A stretch of DNA of 64,000 bases from Thermoanaerobaculia bacterium (GTDB lineage Bacteria > Acidobacteriota > Thermoanaerobaculia > UBA5066): NCBI GenBank assembly GCA_963719225.1, contig CAVRAY010000001.1, positions 1,184,001-1,248,000 on the forward strand, given 5' to 3'. The notes beneath the pieces were generated by a model. The model did no database searches. It saw nothing but the letters and a program-made list of their open reading frames with translations, and was not told the DNA's origin. Shown piece after piece: positions 27,608-37,251 of the stretch. The stretch's first letter is position 1, and each line of letters opens with the position of its first letter. Made by a program: the position numbers and the translations under genes.

Positions 27608-28129
27608 CCGCGCCCGCCTGACGGCCTCCCGCGAGAGCTGCCGGGCCTCGGAGAGGAGCCGCGCCACCGTCTTTCCGGTTCCGGGCACCACGCGCCGCGG
27701 CGCGACGTCCGCGAGCGGGACGAGGACGAAGAGACGGCTCGTCATCCGCGGGTGCGGAACGGTCAGGCGCCGCGTCGCGATCCGCTCGTTTCCATAGAGG
27801 AGGAGGTCGAGGTCGAGGGGGCGAGGCGCGTTTCGAGGCCCGCCCGGCTTTCGGCCGGCAGAGATTTCGGATTTTCTTAGATGGGTGAGGAGGGCCTGCG
27901 CAGAGAGCGAGGTCGTTCCGACGATGACGGCATTGAGGTAGTCGGGCTGATCGGATGGGCCTCCGACCGGCGAGGTGCCATAGAGAAGAGATATTTTAGG
28001 ATTTCTTAGAAAGGGAGAGAGGCTTCGGAGCGCGTTGCGGAAGGCGCGACGGGTGTTGCCGACGTTGCCGCCCACGCCGATGGCCACGAAGACGGGCCTG
28101 GGGCGCGCCAGGGCTCTTTTCACCTTCAT
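27599..28129 (-). CDS. folK: 2-amino-4-hydroxy-6-hydroxymethyldihydropteridine diphosphokinase
   Basis: IGVGGNVG, QPDYLNAV, PRPLDLDLLLY, LTVPHPRM..R.FVLVPL. Confidence 0.93.
   Translation of the reverse strand: MKVKRALARPRPVFVAIGVGGNVGNTRRAFRNALRSLSPFLRNPKISLLYGTSPVGGPSDQPDYLNAVIVGTTSLSAQALLTHLRKSEISAGRKPGGPRNAPRPLDLDLLLYGNERIATRRLTVPHPRMTSRLFVLVPLADVAPRRVVPGTGKTVARLLSEARQLSREAVRRARSF
27866..27890 (-). repeat. Dispersed CTAAG motif copy (in folK, THLRKS)
   Basis: minus strand cctcacccat-CTAAG-aaaatccgaa. Confidence 0.8.
27995..28019 (-). repeat. Dispersed CTAAG motif copy (in folK, SPFLRNP)
   Basis: minus strand ctctcccttt-CTAAG-aaatcctaaa. Confidence 0.85.
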
Positions 28130-28190
28130 CCACGTCCCCGCCTCGCGGCTCGGCCGCGGCACGTACCTACGATCCTCGCCTGCGGCTCGG

Positions 28191-28215
28191 CTCTTCGGTT
28201 CTAAGAAAATCTTCC
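28191..28215 (+). repeat. Dispersed CTAAG motif copy (intergenic)
   Basis: ctcttcggtt-CTAAG-aaaatcttcc. Confidence 0.8.
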
Positions 28216-28261
28216 GAGCGGTTTACCGAAGCGCGACTCGCCGCGCGCATCGCTCCTGCGC

Positions 28262-28597
28262 TCAGTATTCGTCGTCCGAGTCCCCGGCGCCCCCCTCGAG
28301 CGTCTTCGCCTCGCCGAGGGGGAGCTCCTCGTCGTCGTCGACGCGCTTGGCGGCCGGGTCCTCGGGCTCGCCGGTCGCGACGTCTTCGTCCTCGCGGTTG
28401 CGGTCGAACACGTCCGGGTCCGCGAACTCGTCACGCTTGGCGCGGCGCGCGGCATGAAGGACGACTGGAGACGTCGGTTGCGGAGGCGCATCTTTCTGAT
28501 CCGCGCCGCATTTCGGGCAATGGACGGGCGTCTTCCGGAGGTCGTAGAACTTCGTTCCGCACCTGAAACACGTATGTTTGAATCCGAGGTCCGGCAA
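28262..28597 (-). CDS. FYDLN-acid domain protein (TIGR02300-like zinc ribbon with acidic tail)
   Basis: TTG start after GGAGG; LG.KHTCFRCGTKFYDLRK.P.HCPKCG; acidic C-terminus. Confidence 0.85.
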   Translation of the reverse strand: MPDLGFKHTCFRCGTKFYDLRKTPVHCPKCGADQKDAPPQPTSPVVLHAARRAKRDEFADPDVFDRNREDEDVATGEPEDPAAKRVDDDEELPLGEAKTLEGGAGDSDDEY

Positions 28598-28682
28598 TGC
28601 GCCTCCTGCCAAACGGGGCCGGAACATAACATCCTTGGTTTTTCAGGGTCAACGCGCCGGGGAACCGTACACTCCGGTCGAG

Positions 28683-29876
28683 ATGCCGGCCCCCTCCACG
28701 GTCCCCAGGATTTGCGCCCTCGCGGTCTGTCTCTCGGCCGTCGTCCTTTCCGGACCCGCGCGCGCGCAAATGCCGTTCGCTCCCTTTGGCGGGCGCTCCG
28801 TCGCGCTCGGAGGCGCCTCGATGGGGCTCGGGCCGGACGTCGCGGCCGGAGTCGACAATCCGGCGGCCGTCCCGGACCGGAAGTTCGCGTTCACGATCTC
28901 CGCGGGCCTCCTGACGCGGGAGAGCGGCGACTTTCTGGCCCCGCTGCGCCTCATCCCGGGGAACAACCCGGCCGCTCTCGCGTCGGGCTCGCAGCCTCAG
29001 AGCTACGCCGACGTGGTTCGGGCGCTCCGCACCCTCGCGGATCCGGGAAACGGCCTCGCCGGCAACGGGAGCGTCGGCCTTGCGATCGCCCACGGCGGCT
29101 GGGAGCTTTCGTTCACGGACTGGGGCTACAGCGGTCTTTCCGCCCGCGTGGACCTCGCCCACACGGCGCTCGGAACGAGCCCGGCCACGTCGATCGCGTT
29201 CAACGACTCGGCGGCGGCGTTTCGGGGCCTCGAGCTGAAGGACCTCGCGCTCGCGAAATCGATGTCGTTCTTCCTCGGCCGCGTGACGGTGGGCGCCGCG
29301 GTTCATGCGCTATGGGGCACGACGTACACGAAGGAGGAGTCGGCGTTCACGGTGGACGTCGGCGATCCCTTCAACCTCGCCCAGCGCGCGCTGACGGGAA
29401 CGGCGCGTTCCCATACCGACGTGTCGTTCGACGTCGGCGCTCTCGTGTCGCTGGGCGTCGTGAAGGTCGGTGGGTCCTGGCGAGGAATCAACAAGCCTTC
29501 CTTTCCCTTTACCGACGACGGGCCGGCCGCGGACCGCGGCCGTTCCGTCACGTACGGCCAGCAGGCCCGGATCGGCGCCTCCGCGAAGATCCCGGTCCTC
29601 GGTCTCCTCGTCGCGGCGGATTACGACCTGATCGCCAGCGACACGCTCGTGCCCGGCCTGCGCGTGCGGCAGGTCGGCGGAGGCCTCGAGTGGGAGTTCC
29701 TGCTCGTCGCCGTGCGCGCCGGCGCCTCGTTGAACCTGGAGTCGCCGGACCGATCGCCCGCCTTCACGGGCGGCGCCGGGGTCGTCATCGGCCCCGCGAA
29801 GGTGGATCTCGGGGGCTGGTACCGCACGGATCAGAGCGCGCTCGGCGTCTCGCTCACGGCCCGCGTCGGCCTCTAG
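28683..29876 (+). CDS. Outer-membrane beta-barrel protein, TraF-like/FadL-PorV superfamily
   Basis: Signal peptide; GGRSVALGGA, DNPAA, INKPSF, amphipathic strands to the C-terminus. Confidence 0.65.
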   Translation: MPAPSTVPRICALAVCLSAVVLSGPARAQMPFAPFGGRSVALGGASMGLGPDVAAGVDNPAAVPDRKFAFTISAGLLTRESGDFLAPLRLIPGNNPAALASGSQPQSYADVVRALRTLADPGNGLAGNGSVGLAIAHGGWELSFTDWGYSGLSARVDLAHTALGTSPATSIAFNDSAAAFRGLELKDLALAKSMSFFLGRVTVGAAVHALWGTTYTKEESAFTVDVGDPFNLAQRALTGTARSHTDVSFDVGALVSLGVVKVGGSWRGINKPSFPFTDDGPAADRGRSVTYGQQARIGASAKIPVLGLLVAADYDLIASDTLVPGLRVRQVGGGLEWEFLLVAVRAGASLNLESPDRSPAFTGGAGVVIGPAKVDLGGWYRTDQSALGVSLTARVGL

Positions 29877-29888
29877 GAGGCTGTCCGC

Positions 29889-31025
29889 GTGCTGCGCTTC
29901 GAGCTCCTCGGCTCCGACGCGGGCGGCCCGCGGCGCGGGCGCCTGACGCTCGACCACGGGGTCGTCGAGACGCCCGCATTCCTGCCCGTCGGCACGGCCG
30001 GAACCGTGAAGGCGGCGCGGTGGAGCGACCTCGAAGCCGCGCGCGCCGAGATGGTCCTCGCGAACACGTACCACCTCATGCTCCGCCCGGGAGGGGACGT
30101 GATCCGCCGCCTCGGCGGCCTTCACCGCTTCATCGCGTGGGAGCGGCCGATCCTCACGGACTCCGGCGGGTACCAGGTGATGTCCCTCGCCGGAACCCGG
30201 AGGCTTTCCGAGGAAGGCGTCCTTTTCCGGAGCCACGTCGACGGGTCGGAGCACTTCCTCTCGCCGGAGCGTGCGGTGGACCTGCAGCTCGGCGACTTCG
30301 GAGTCGACGTCGCGATGGTCCTCGACGAGTGCACCCCCTATCCCGCGACCGAAGAGGCCGCGCGCGCGTCGATGGAGCTCACGCACCGCTGGGCCCGGCG
30401 GTCCCTGGAAAAGCATCTCGAGATCGGAGGAGACCGCGGCGCGCTCTTCGGCATCGTGCAGGGCGGGGTTTTCCCGCGCCTTCGCGACGAGAGCGCGGCG
30501 GCGGTCGCGTCGCTGCCGTTCGACGGCATCGCATGCGGGGGTCTCTCGGTCGGCGAGCCCAAACCCGAGATGCGCGCGATGGTGGCCCACACGGCCCCGC
30601 TTCTTCCCGCGCACAAGCCCCGCTACCTCATGGGCGTCGGGCGCCCGGACGACCTCCTCGACGCCGTCGCCCGCGGCTTTGATCTCTTCGATTGCGTGCT
30701 CCCGACGCGCGCGGCGCGCCACGGCCTTCTCTACACGGCGCGGGGCACGCTCGCCATCAAGCACGCGCGATATCGCGAGGACGAAGATCCGCCGGACCCG
30801 GGTTGCACCTGCCCGACGTGCCGGCGCCACTCCCGCGCGTACCTCAGACATCTCTTCCTCGCGCGCGAGCCCACGGCCGCGACACTGCTCACCGTCCACA
30901 ACCTCACGGCGATCCTTGACTTGATGAGGGGAATCCGTGAGGCTCTCGACGCGAAACGGTACGCGGCGTGGGCGGCGGAAACGCTCCCGGCATGGTCGCG
31001 ATCGATCGGAAAGGACTCGACATGA
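29889..31025 (+). CDS. tgt: tRNA-guanine transglycosylase
   Basis: TPAFLPVGT.GTVK, NTYHL, TDSGGYQV, GIVQGG, YLMGVG, FDCVLPTR, CTCPTC Zn site. Confidence 0.96.
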   Translation: MLRFELLGSDAGGPRRGRLTLDHGVVETPAFLPVGTAGTVKAARWSDLEAARAEMVLANTYHLMLRPGGDVIRRLGGLHRFIAWERPILTDSGGYQVMSLAGTRRLSEEGVLFRSHVDGSEHFLSPERAVDLQLGDFGVDVAMVLDECTPYPATEEAARASMELTHRWARRSLEKHLEIGGDRGALFGIVQGGVFPRLRDESAAAVASLPFDGIACGGLSVGEPKPEMRAMVAHTAPLLPAHKPRYLMGVGRPDDLLDAVARGFDLFDCVLPTRAARHGLLYTARGTLAIKHARYREDEDPPDPGCTCPTCRRHSRAYLRHLFLAREPTAATLLTVHNLTAILDLMRGIREALDAKRYAAWAAETLPAWSRSIGKDST

Positions 31026-31345
31026 ACCCGATCCTCCTTCAGGCGGCGCCCGCGACGGCGACCTCGCCGATCGTGCAGATGGTGCCGTACATCCTCATGT
31101 TCGTGATCTTCTACTTCGTGCTCCTCGCGCCCATGCGCAAGCAGCAGAAGAAGCAGAAGGAGCTCCTCGCCGGCCTGAAGAAAGGCGACCGGGTCGTGAC
31201 ATCGGGCGGCATTCACGGGACGGTCCAGCAGGTCGAAGACCAGATCGTCTGGCTGAAGATCGCGGACACGGTGAAGATCAAGATCAACCGCAGCGCGATC
31301 GCGGGCCCGAGCGGGGAGCCCGACTCGAAAGAATCCGCCGCGTAA
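31022..31345 (+). CDS. yajC: Preprotein translocase subunit YajC
   Basis: IFYFVLL.P..KQQK..., LKKGDRVVTSGGIHG. Confidence 0.95.
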   Translation: MNPILLQAAPATATSPIVQMVPYILMFVIFYFVLLAPMRKQQKKQKELLAGLKKGDRVVTSGGIHGTVQQVEDQIVWLKIADTVKIKINRSAIAGPSGEPDSKESAA

Positions 31346-31359
31346 TGCGAAACTAGGGG

Positions 31360-32568
31360 GTGCCTTCCGGGCGTTTCCTGACGTTTCTCCAGTCTTCCGA
31401 CTGGCATCTGGGCTCCGCCCTCACGGGCGGCGGGCTGTCCCTGACGCCCGAGGCGCGCGCGGCGCGGCGCGACGAGGTGGATGCCGCCGCGGAGCGGGCC
31501 GTGGCCGCGGCGACCGCCTGCGGCGCCGAAGCGCTGCTCGTGCCGGGCGATTTGTGGGACGCCGAGAACGTGCCCGCCGCGACGATTCACCGGCTCCTCG
31601 AGACCTTCGCGTCCTTCGCGCCGCGCCCCGTGTACGTGGCGCCGGGGAATCACGACTTCGCGGGGCCGGGCGGGTACTACGACCCGGCTCTTCTCTCCGC
31701 TCTGGGCATGAAGGCGTGGCCGCCGAACGTGGTCGTGTTCCGCGCGGCGGAATGGACGGCCTCGCCGTTTCCCGGGCGCGACGACGTCACGGTCGTCGGT
31801 CGCGCGTTTCTTTCCCCGGCGATGGTCGTCGAGCGCCCCCTCTCGCCGCCGCCGTCGCGTCCGTCGACGCCCCTCGCCCTCCTCCTTCTCCATGGCTCGC
31901 TCGAGTCCTACACGGGACCCGACTCGCCGCGGGGGACGAAGCGCACGGCGCCGTTCTCGGTGCGCGAGATTGCCGCGGCGGGCTTCTCCTGGGCCGCGCT
32001 CGGGCACCACCACCACGTCCACGTCGTGTCGGACGATTTCGGCCGCCCGCTTGGAGCCTACGCGGGCTGCCCGACGGGACGCGGTCTCGACGAAGCGGGT
32101 CCGCGGGTCTTCCTCAAGGTGACGCTGACCCGCGAAGGGCCGGCGCGGATCGAAAGGATCCCGGCCGACACGCGCACCGTGCGTGACGTCGTCGTGGACG
32201 TCAGCGATCTCGAGGCAGGCCCCCTCGTCGAGAGGGTCGAGGCTGCGCTCGCCGAGGCCGGCGTGGAAGCGCCCGATCTCGTGCGCGTGACGTTGACGGG
32301 AACGCAGGCTTACGGCGCGCGTCCCGCCGACCTCGTCCGGCCGATGGCCGCACGCGTGCGACATCTCGCGGTCCGCGACCAGACCGAGCCGCCCCCGCCC
32401 GAAGCGGGTCCCCGCTCGGCGGAGGGGCGGTTCGCGTCGGACCTTCTCGCGTACCGGGCGTCCGCGGTCGACGACGCACGGCGACGGGCCGCCGACCTGG
32501 CGCTTCGACTCGGCCGCGATGCGCTCGCGGGGAGGCCCGTCAGGCCGCCGGAGGCCGAGGAACGATGA
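31360..32568 (+). CDS. Mre11/SbcD-like DNA repair exonuclease (YhaO type)
   Basis: SDWHLG, PGDLWD, PGNHD, LLHG, ALGHHH, YAGCP.G.GLDE.G phosphoesterase motifs. Confidence 0.88.
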   Translation: MPSGRFLTFLQSSDWHLGSALTGGGLSLTPEARAARRDEVDAAAERAVAAATACGAEALLVPGDLWDAENVPAATIHRLLETFASFAPRPVYVAPGNHDFAGPGGYYDPALLSALGMKAWPPNVVVFRAAEWTASPFPGRDDVTVVGRAFLSPAMVVERPLSPPPSRPSTPLALLLLHGSLESYTGPDSPRGTKRTAPFSVREIAAAGFSWAALGHHHHVHVVSDDFGRPLGAYAGCPTGRGLDEAGPRVFLKVTLTREGPARIERIPADTRTVRDVVVDVSDLEAGPLVERVEAALAEAGVEAPDLVRVTLTGTQAYGARPADLVRPMAARVRHLAVRDQTEPPPPEAGPRSAEGRFASDLLAYRASAVDDARRRAADLALRLGRDALAGRPVRPPEAEER

Positions 32569-35474
32569 AGATCGAGCGCATCCGCATCGAGGGTTTCGGT
32601 GCGCTTCGCGATCTCGACCTCGCATGGCCCGAGGGAAGCGTGCTGCTCGCGGTCGACCCGAACGAGACGGGCAAGACGACGCTCTGCGAAGCCATCGTCG
32701 CGGCCCTGTACGGGCTTCCGAAGACGCGCGGCGTGGCGGGGCGGGTCCGCGAGGTGAGAAGACCGCGGAGCGGGGCCCCATTGCGCGTGGGTCTCGACGT
32801 CCTGGCCGGCGGGACCCGCTGGTCGGTCGACCGGGATCTCGAGCTCGGCACGCTGCGCGTCGTGGACCGGGACCGCGGGCTCGAGAGGACCCAGGAGTTC
32901 CTGCGCCCGGGGAACCGGGACGCCTTCGGCGAGACCGTCACGGGAGGGCTCACGGAGGATCTCTTCCGCGCGACGGCGTACGTTTCGCAGAACGTGCTCG
33001 ACCGCGATTCCCTCGACGCAGGGCTCACCGTCGAGCTCGCGCGCATCGCCGACTCGGGCGGCGGAGAGGCATCGGTCGTGCGCGCGTTGAAGACTCTCGA
33101 CGCGGTGCTCCTGGAAATGCCCGAACCCGCCGCGGGCGCGAAGATCTCCGTGGACACCGAGATCGCGCGGCTCGGCAGGCGTGTCGAGGGCCTCAAGCAG
33201 CGGCGGGCTGAGCTGGCGGCCCGCCGCGCCGTCGCGGCACAGGCCTCCGCGCGTCTGTCCGGATGCGTGAAGGCGTACGACGAGACCCGGCGGGCCGCGG
33301 AGATCGCGACTCTCGTGGAGGTTCTTGCGCACCGTCACGCGCTCGCGAAGAGGCGCGAGACGCTAGCCTCGGCGCTCGCCCGGCGAAACGAGGCCGAGAG
33401 CGAGGCCCGGGCCCTGGCTCCGGAGGCCGAGCTCTTCTCCGACGACGCCCTCGCCGCCGTGGACCGGCTCCGCGAAGAGCGGGGAAACCGGCCTCAGGCC
33501 CTCGAGGGGGCGCGGACCGCCTACACGGAAAGCCTTCGCCTCGCCGAGAGGGAAGCGGAGGAGACGGGACGCCGGTTCGGCCCGGCGGCCCGCCTCGGGG
33601 AGGCGGAGCGTGCCGGCCTCGAGGACATGCTTCGTGCCGAGCTGGCGACCTCGCGCGATCTCGCGGACGCCGAGCGGGTCCTCGACGAGAAGTGGAACGG
33701 CCTCCGCCGGGACGGCCTCGCGGAGGACTTCGTGCGCCTCGAGGCTCTTCCGTCCGAGGAACGCGGCTTCCTCGCCGGCGCCGAGGAAGAGCGCGCGGGC
33801 CTCGAGCTCGAAGGCGTGCGGCTGGACCGGCGCGTCGCCGACGCGGGTGCGACGGCCGCGATCGCGGCGGGCGAGCGGTCGCAGCGCGTCAGGCTCGCGC
33901 GGTCGCTCGTTCTCGCAGCCGCGTTTCTCGTGCCCTTCGTCGCGTGGCTCTCCTGGCGCTCTGCGGGCGTGCCCTTCTACATGACCGCGTCCCTCGCGGC
34001 TTTCGTCCTCACGCTCGGACTCTTCGGCGGCATCGCGTGGGCGCGCGCGATCCGGTACAGGGTCGGCGACGAGGCCCGGGCGCGCGAGGAGGAAGCCGTG
34101 AGCCGGCGCAAGGCGGTCGATCTGCGCAAGCGGCTCTCGAACATGCGCCTGAGGCTCGACAAGCTCGCGCGCGCGGCGGGCTATCGGGACGCGTCGTCCC
34201 TGCTGAAGGCGCACCGCCGGACGCGTAACGCCGAGGAGCCGCGGCGACAGCTCGTCGCCGTGACAGCGCGCCGCGACGATGCGAAAGAGCGTCTCGAGTC
34301 TCTCGGAGAGGCTCTGCGACCGCATCGCGCGGCCCTCTCTCTCCCCGAGGGACTTCCGACCCCGGAGGAGGCCGAGCGCTCCCTCGCCCTTCTCGCCGAT
34401 CTCGCACGCGCGAAGCAGGATGCCCGAACCCGCGAGGAGGTTCTCGCGCGCGAGAAAGAGCGTCTCGATCGCGAGGAAGCCGACCTGGCCGCGCTCGAGG
34501 GACGACTGCGGGAGGCGGTGCGGAGGACAGGCGTCCCAGGCGCGCTCCCTCTGACCGAGAGTCTGCTTGCCGTGGAAGCGGGTCGTCGCAAGGCAGCGCG
34601 CTTCCGAAGACTCCTCGAGCACGAGCTTCCGGCCCGGCGGGAGAGTGCGGGAGAGGGGGAGGAAGCGGACCTCGCGTCCCGGCTCGTCGGGCTCGACGAA
34701 GAGGCCGCGCGACTCTCCGCGCGTCTCGGAATGGATCCCCAGTCGCTCGCGCTTCCCGACACGCCGGAGGCCGCGCGGCGCCAGGCCGATGCCGCGCGGA
34801 AGGCGATGTCGGTCGCCGAGAGCGCGCGCACGACGGCCGAGCGCGAGCTCGCCGATGCGGCGCGAGAGGGCGGCGAGACGGCGCGCGCCGTCGAGGAAGA
34901 TCTCGCGACGGCCGAGGCCTTTCTCGCGAGAGCGGTGCTGTTCCGCGACGCGCTCGACCTCGCCCGCGGCACCCTCGCGGCGGCCGCCTCCTCTGTCTAC
35001 GGCGACTTTCGCCGAGGCCTGCAAACGGCATCGCGCGAGATCCTCGCGACCTGGCAGACGCCGTACGAGGCTCTCGAGTTCGGCGACGACCTCTCGCTCT
35101 CGGCGCTCGTGCGCGGCGGGCGTGTCGCGACGAAGGCGGAGATCCAGTCGGGCCTGTCGACGGGCGCGCGCGAACAGCTGCACCTCACGGCACGCCTGGC
35201 GGCGCTGCGCTATCTCGGCACGGGCGCCTCGGGCGTGCCGCTCCTCCTCGACGACCCGCTCGTGGGCGCCGACGACGAGCGATTCCTCGCCGTAATGCGT
35301 TTCCTCGCCACGGACGTCCTCGGCGAGCGTCCGGTCCTCGTCGTCTCCTGTCACGGCTGGCGGCACGAGCGGCTCCTCGAAGCGCTTCCATCCGAGGTCG
35401 TGAGGAAGCTGGCCCGCGTCTCTCTGGCTCCGTATTCCGCACGCCTTGGCTCCCCCGGTCCCGGCGGGACCTGA
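32565..35474 (+). CDS. SbcC/YhaN-like SMC-type AAA ATPase with central two-TM segment
   Basis: I.GFG, PNETGKTT Walker A, long coiled coils, 2 TM helices, LSTGAREQL signature, LLLDDP Walker B, SCH. Confidence 0.85.
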   Translation: MKIERIRIEGFGALRDLDLAWPEGSVLLAVDPNETGKTTLCEAIVAALYGLPKTRGVAGRVREVRRPRSGAPLRVGLDVLAGGTRWSVDRDLELGTLRVVDRDRGLERTQEFLRPGNRDAFGETVTGGLTEDLFRATAYVSQNVLDRDSLDAGLTVELARIADSGGGEASVVRALKTLDAVLLEMPEPAAGAKISVDTEIARLGRRVEGLKQRRAELAARRAVAAQASARLSGCVKAYDETRRAAEIATLVEVLAHRHALAKRRETLASALARRNEAESEARALAPEAELFSDDALAAVDRLREERGNRPQALEGARTAYTESLRLAEREAEETGRRFGPAARLGEAERAGLEDMLRAELATSRDLADAERVLDEKWNGLRRDGLAEDFVRLEALPSEERGFLAGAEEERAGLELEGVRLDRRVADAGATAAIAAGERSQRVRLARSLVLAAAFLVPFVAWLSWRSAGVPFYMTASLAAFVLTLGLFGGIAWARAIRYRVGDEARAREEEAVSRRKAVDLRKRLSNMRLRLDKLARAAGYRDASSLLKAHRRTRNAEEPRRQLVAVTARRDDAKERLESLGEALRPHRAALSLPEGLPTPEEAERSLALLADLARAKQDARTREEVLAREKERLDREEADLAALEGRLREAVRRTGVPGALPLTESLLAVEAGRRKAARFRRLLEHELPARRESAGEGEEADLASRLVGLDEEAARLSARLGMDPQSLALPDTPEAARRQADAARKAMSVAESARTTAERELADAAREGGETARAVEEDLATAEAFLARAVLFRDALDLARGTLAAAASSVYGDFRRGLQTASREILATWQTPYEALEFGDDLSLSALVRGGRVATKAEIQSGLSTGAREQLHLTARLAALRYLGTGASGVPLLLDDPLVGADDERFLAVMRFLATDVLGERPVLVVSCHGWRHERLLEALPSEVVRKLARVSLAPYSARLGSPGPGGT

Positions 35475-35487
35475 AGCGCCAGCGTTC

Positions 35488-35496
35488 TGCTAGACT
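35488..35496 (+). promoter_or_regulatory. Extended -10 promoter upstream of secD
   Basis: TGcTAGACT; GGAGG RBS before GTG 35601. Confidence 0.45.
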
Positions 35497-35600
35497 CCGC
35501 CGGTTCGCCCGGGAGTTGCCCGGGCGCATCCCGCGGTCTTCCCGTCTCCCCGGTGGCCCCGTGCCGCCTCCGGACGGGCCCGCCTCCGGAGGTTGCGTTC

Positions 35601-37232
35601 GTGAACAAGCCCACTGGATGGCGCGTCGGCGTGACGTTGGCCGTCCTCATCGGTTCGGTCGCAGCCTACTGGTGGCGCGGCCACGAGGCGTTGAAGAAGT
35701 CGCCGACGGCCCCACCCAACCCGACGACCTCGGACGTCCTCAGGAACGGGCTCAAGCTGGGCCTCGACCTGCGCGGCGGCATCCACCTCGTCATGCAGGT
35801 CAAGACCGCCGATGCGCTGCGCGTCGAGTCGCAGGACACGCTCGAGCGCTTGAAAGACGAGGGCGGCAAGCGCGGCATCGCGATCGTGGCGACGGGCCCG
35901 GCCGACGCCACCGGATTCGGGCTGAGGCTCGACGAGAAGACGGACGCTGCGAAGCTCAAGGATCTCGTGACGAGCGTCCTCCCGCCGAACGCGTGGTCCG
36001 TCGACCAGCGCGGCCGCGAGTGGAAGATCTCGTACAAGGATTTCGAGCGCCTTCAGATCGAGGACCAGGCCGCACGGCAGGCCGTCGAGACGATTCGCAA
36101 CCGCGTCGACGCTCTCGGGGTCGCCGAGCCCGTCATCCAGAGACAGGGAACGGACCGCATCGTCGTCGAGATCCCCGGCGTGGACGACCCGAGCCGCGTC
36201 AAGGAGATCATCGGCACGACGGGTCTCCTCGAGCTGAAGCTCGTGGACGACCGCGGCGGACCGTATCCCTCCATGGATGCCGCCCGCGGCGCTTACGGCG
36301 GGACGGTGCCCGAGGATCTCGAAGTCGTCGAGGGGTTCACGGAAGACGCGGACGCCCGCACGCGGAGCACCGTCTGGTATGTGCTGAAGCGTGCCGCAGC
36401 CGTCACGGGGCGCGACCTGAAAAACGCGCGCGTCGACCGCGACAAGTTCAACCAGCCGGCCGTCATGTTCTTCCTGAATGCCGCGGGCGCCGTGAAATTC
36501 GCGAAGGCGACCGGCGAGAACGTCGGTAAGCATCTCGCCATCGTGCTCGACAAGCGCGTTCAGTCCGCGCCGGTGATCAACAGCCAGATCAAGGAGAGCG
36601 GCATCATCGAGGGGAACTTCACGGCCGAGAAGGCCGACGCGCTCTCGCTCGTGCTCCGCTCGGGTGCCCTCCCGGCCGAGATGATCATCCTCGAGGAGCG
36701 CACGGTCGGGCCGTCGCTGGGACTCGATTCGATCAAGAAGGGCGTCCTCGCCTCGATCGTCGGCATGATCTGCGTCTTCGTCGCGATGGTTATCTATTAC
36801 CGCCTCTCCGGCGTGAACGCGGTCGTCGCCCTCGTCCTGAACGCGCTCATCCTGCTCGGAGCGATGGCCTACATCAACGCGACGCTCACGCTGCCGGGCA
36901 TCGCGGGCTTCATCCTCACGATCGGCATGGCGGTCGATTCGAACGTCCTCATCTTCGAGCGTATCCGCGAGGAGATGGACAACGGCAAGGCTCCGAAGGC
37001 GGCCATCGATCTCGGTTTCAAGCGCGCCTGGGGAACGATCGTCGACACCCACGTCACGACGATTTCCGCCGCCCTTTTCCTGTTCCAGTTCGGCACCGGT
37101 CCCGTCAAGGGGTTTGCGGTCACGCTCGTCATCGGCCTTCTGGCCTCCGTCTTCACCGCGGTCTTCGTTTCGCACCTCCTCTTCGACCTGATCTACGGGC
37201 CGAAGGAGCGCGTCGAGACCCTTTCCATCTGA
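35601..37232 (+). CDS. secD: Protein translocase subunit SecD
   Basis: LKLGLDLRGG, RNRVDALGVAEP, LRSGALP, VGPSLG, LTLPGIAG.ILTIGMAVDSNVLIFERIREE. Confidence 0.97.
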   Translation: MNKPTGWRVGVTLAVLIGSVAAYWWRGHEALKKSPTAPPNPTTSDVLRNGLKLGLDLRGGIHLVMQVKTADALRVESQDTLERLKDEGGKRGIAIVATGPADATGFGLRLDEKTDAAKLKDLVTSVLPPNAWSVDQRGREWKISYKDFERLQIEDQAARQAVETIRNRVDALGVAEPVIQRQGTDRIVVEIPGVDDPSRVKEIIGTTGLLELKLVDDRGGPYPSMDAARGAYGGTVPEDLEVVEGFTEDADARTRSTVWYVLKRAAAVTGRDLKNARVDRDKFNQPAVMFFLNAAGAVKFAKATGENVGKHLAIVLDKRVQSAPVINSQIKESGIIEGNFTAEKADALSLVLRSGALPAEMIILEERTVGPSLGLDSIKKGVLASIVGMICVFVAMVIYYRLSGVNAVVALVLNALILLGAMAYINATLTLPGIAGFILTIGMAVDSNVLIFERIREEMDNGKAPKAAIDLGFKRAWGTIVDTHVTTISAALFLFQFGTGPVKGFAVTLVIGLLASVFTAVFVSHLLFDLIYGPKERVETLSI

Positions 37233-37251
37233 CCAGAGAAGCGGAGAGAAC

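Noticed and set aside
28683-29876. TraF-like gene as evidence for a conjugative element
   Set aside because: No other tra/T4SS, relaxase or integrase genes; host-like composition; this barrel family is often chromosomal.
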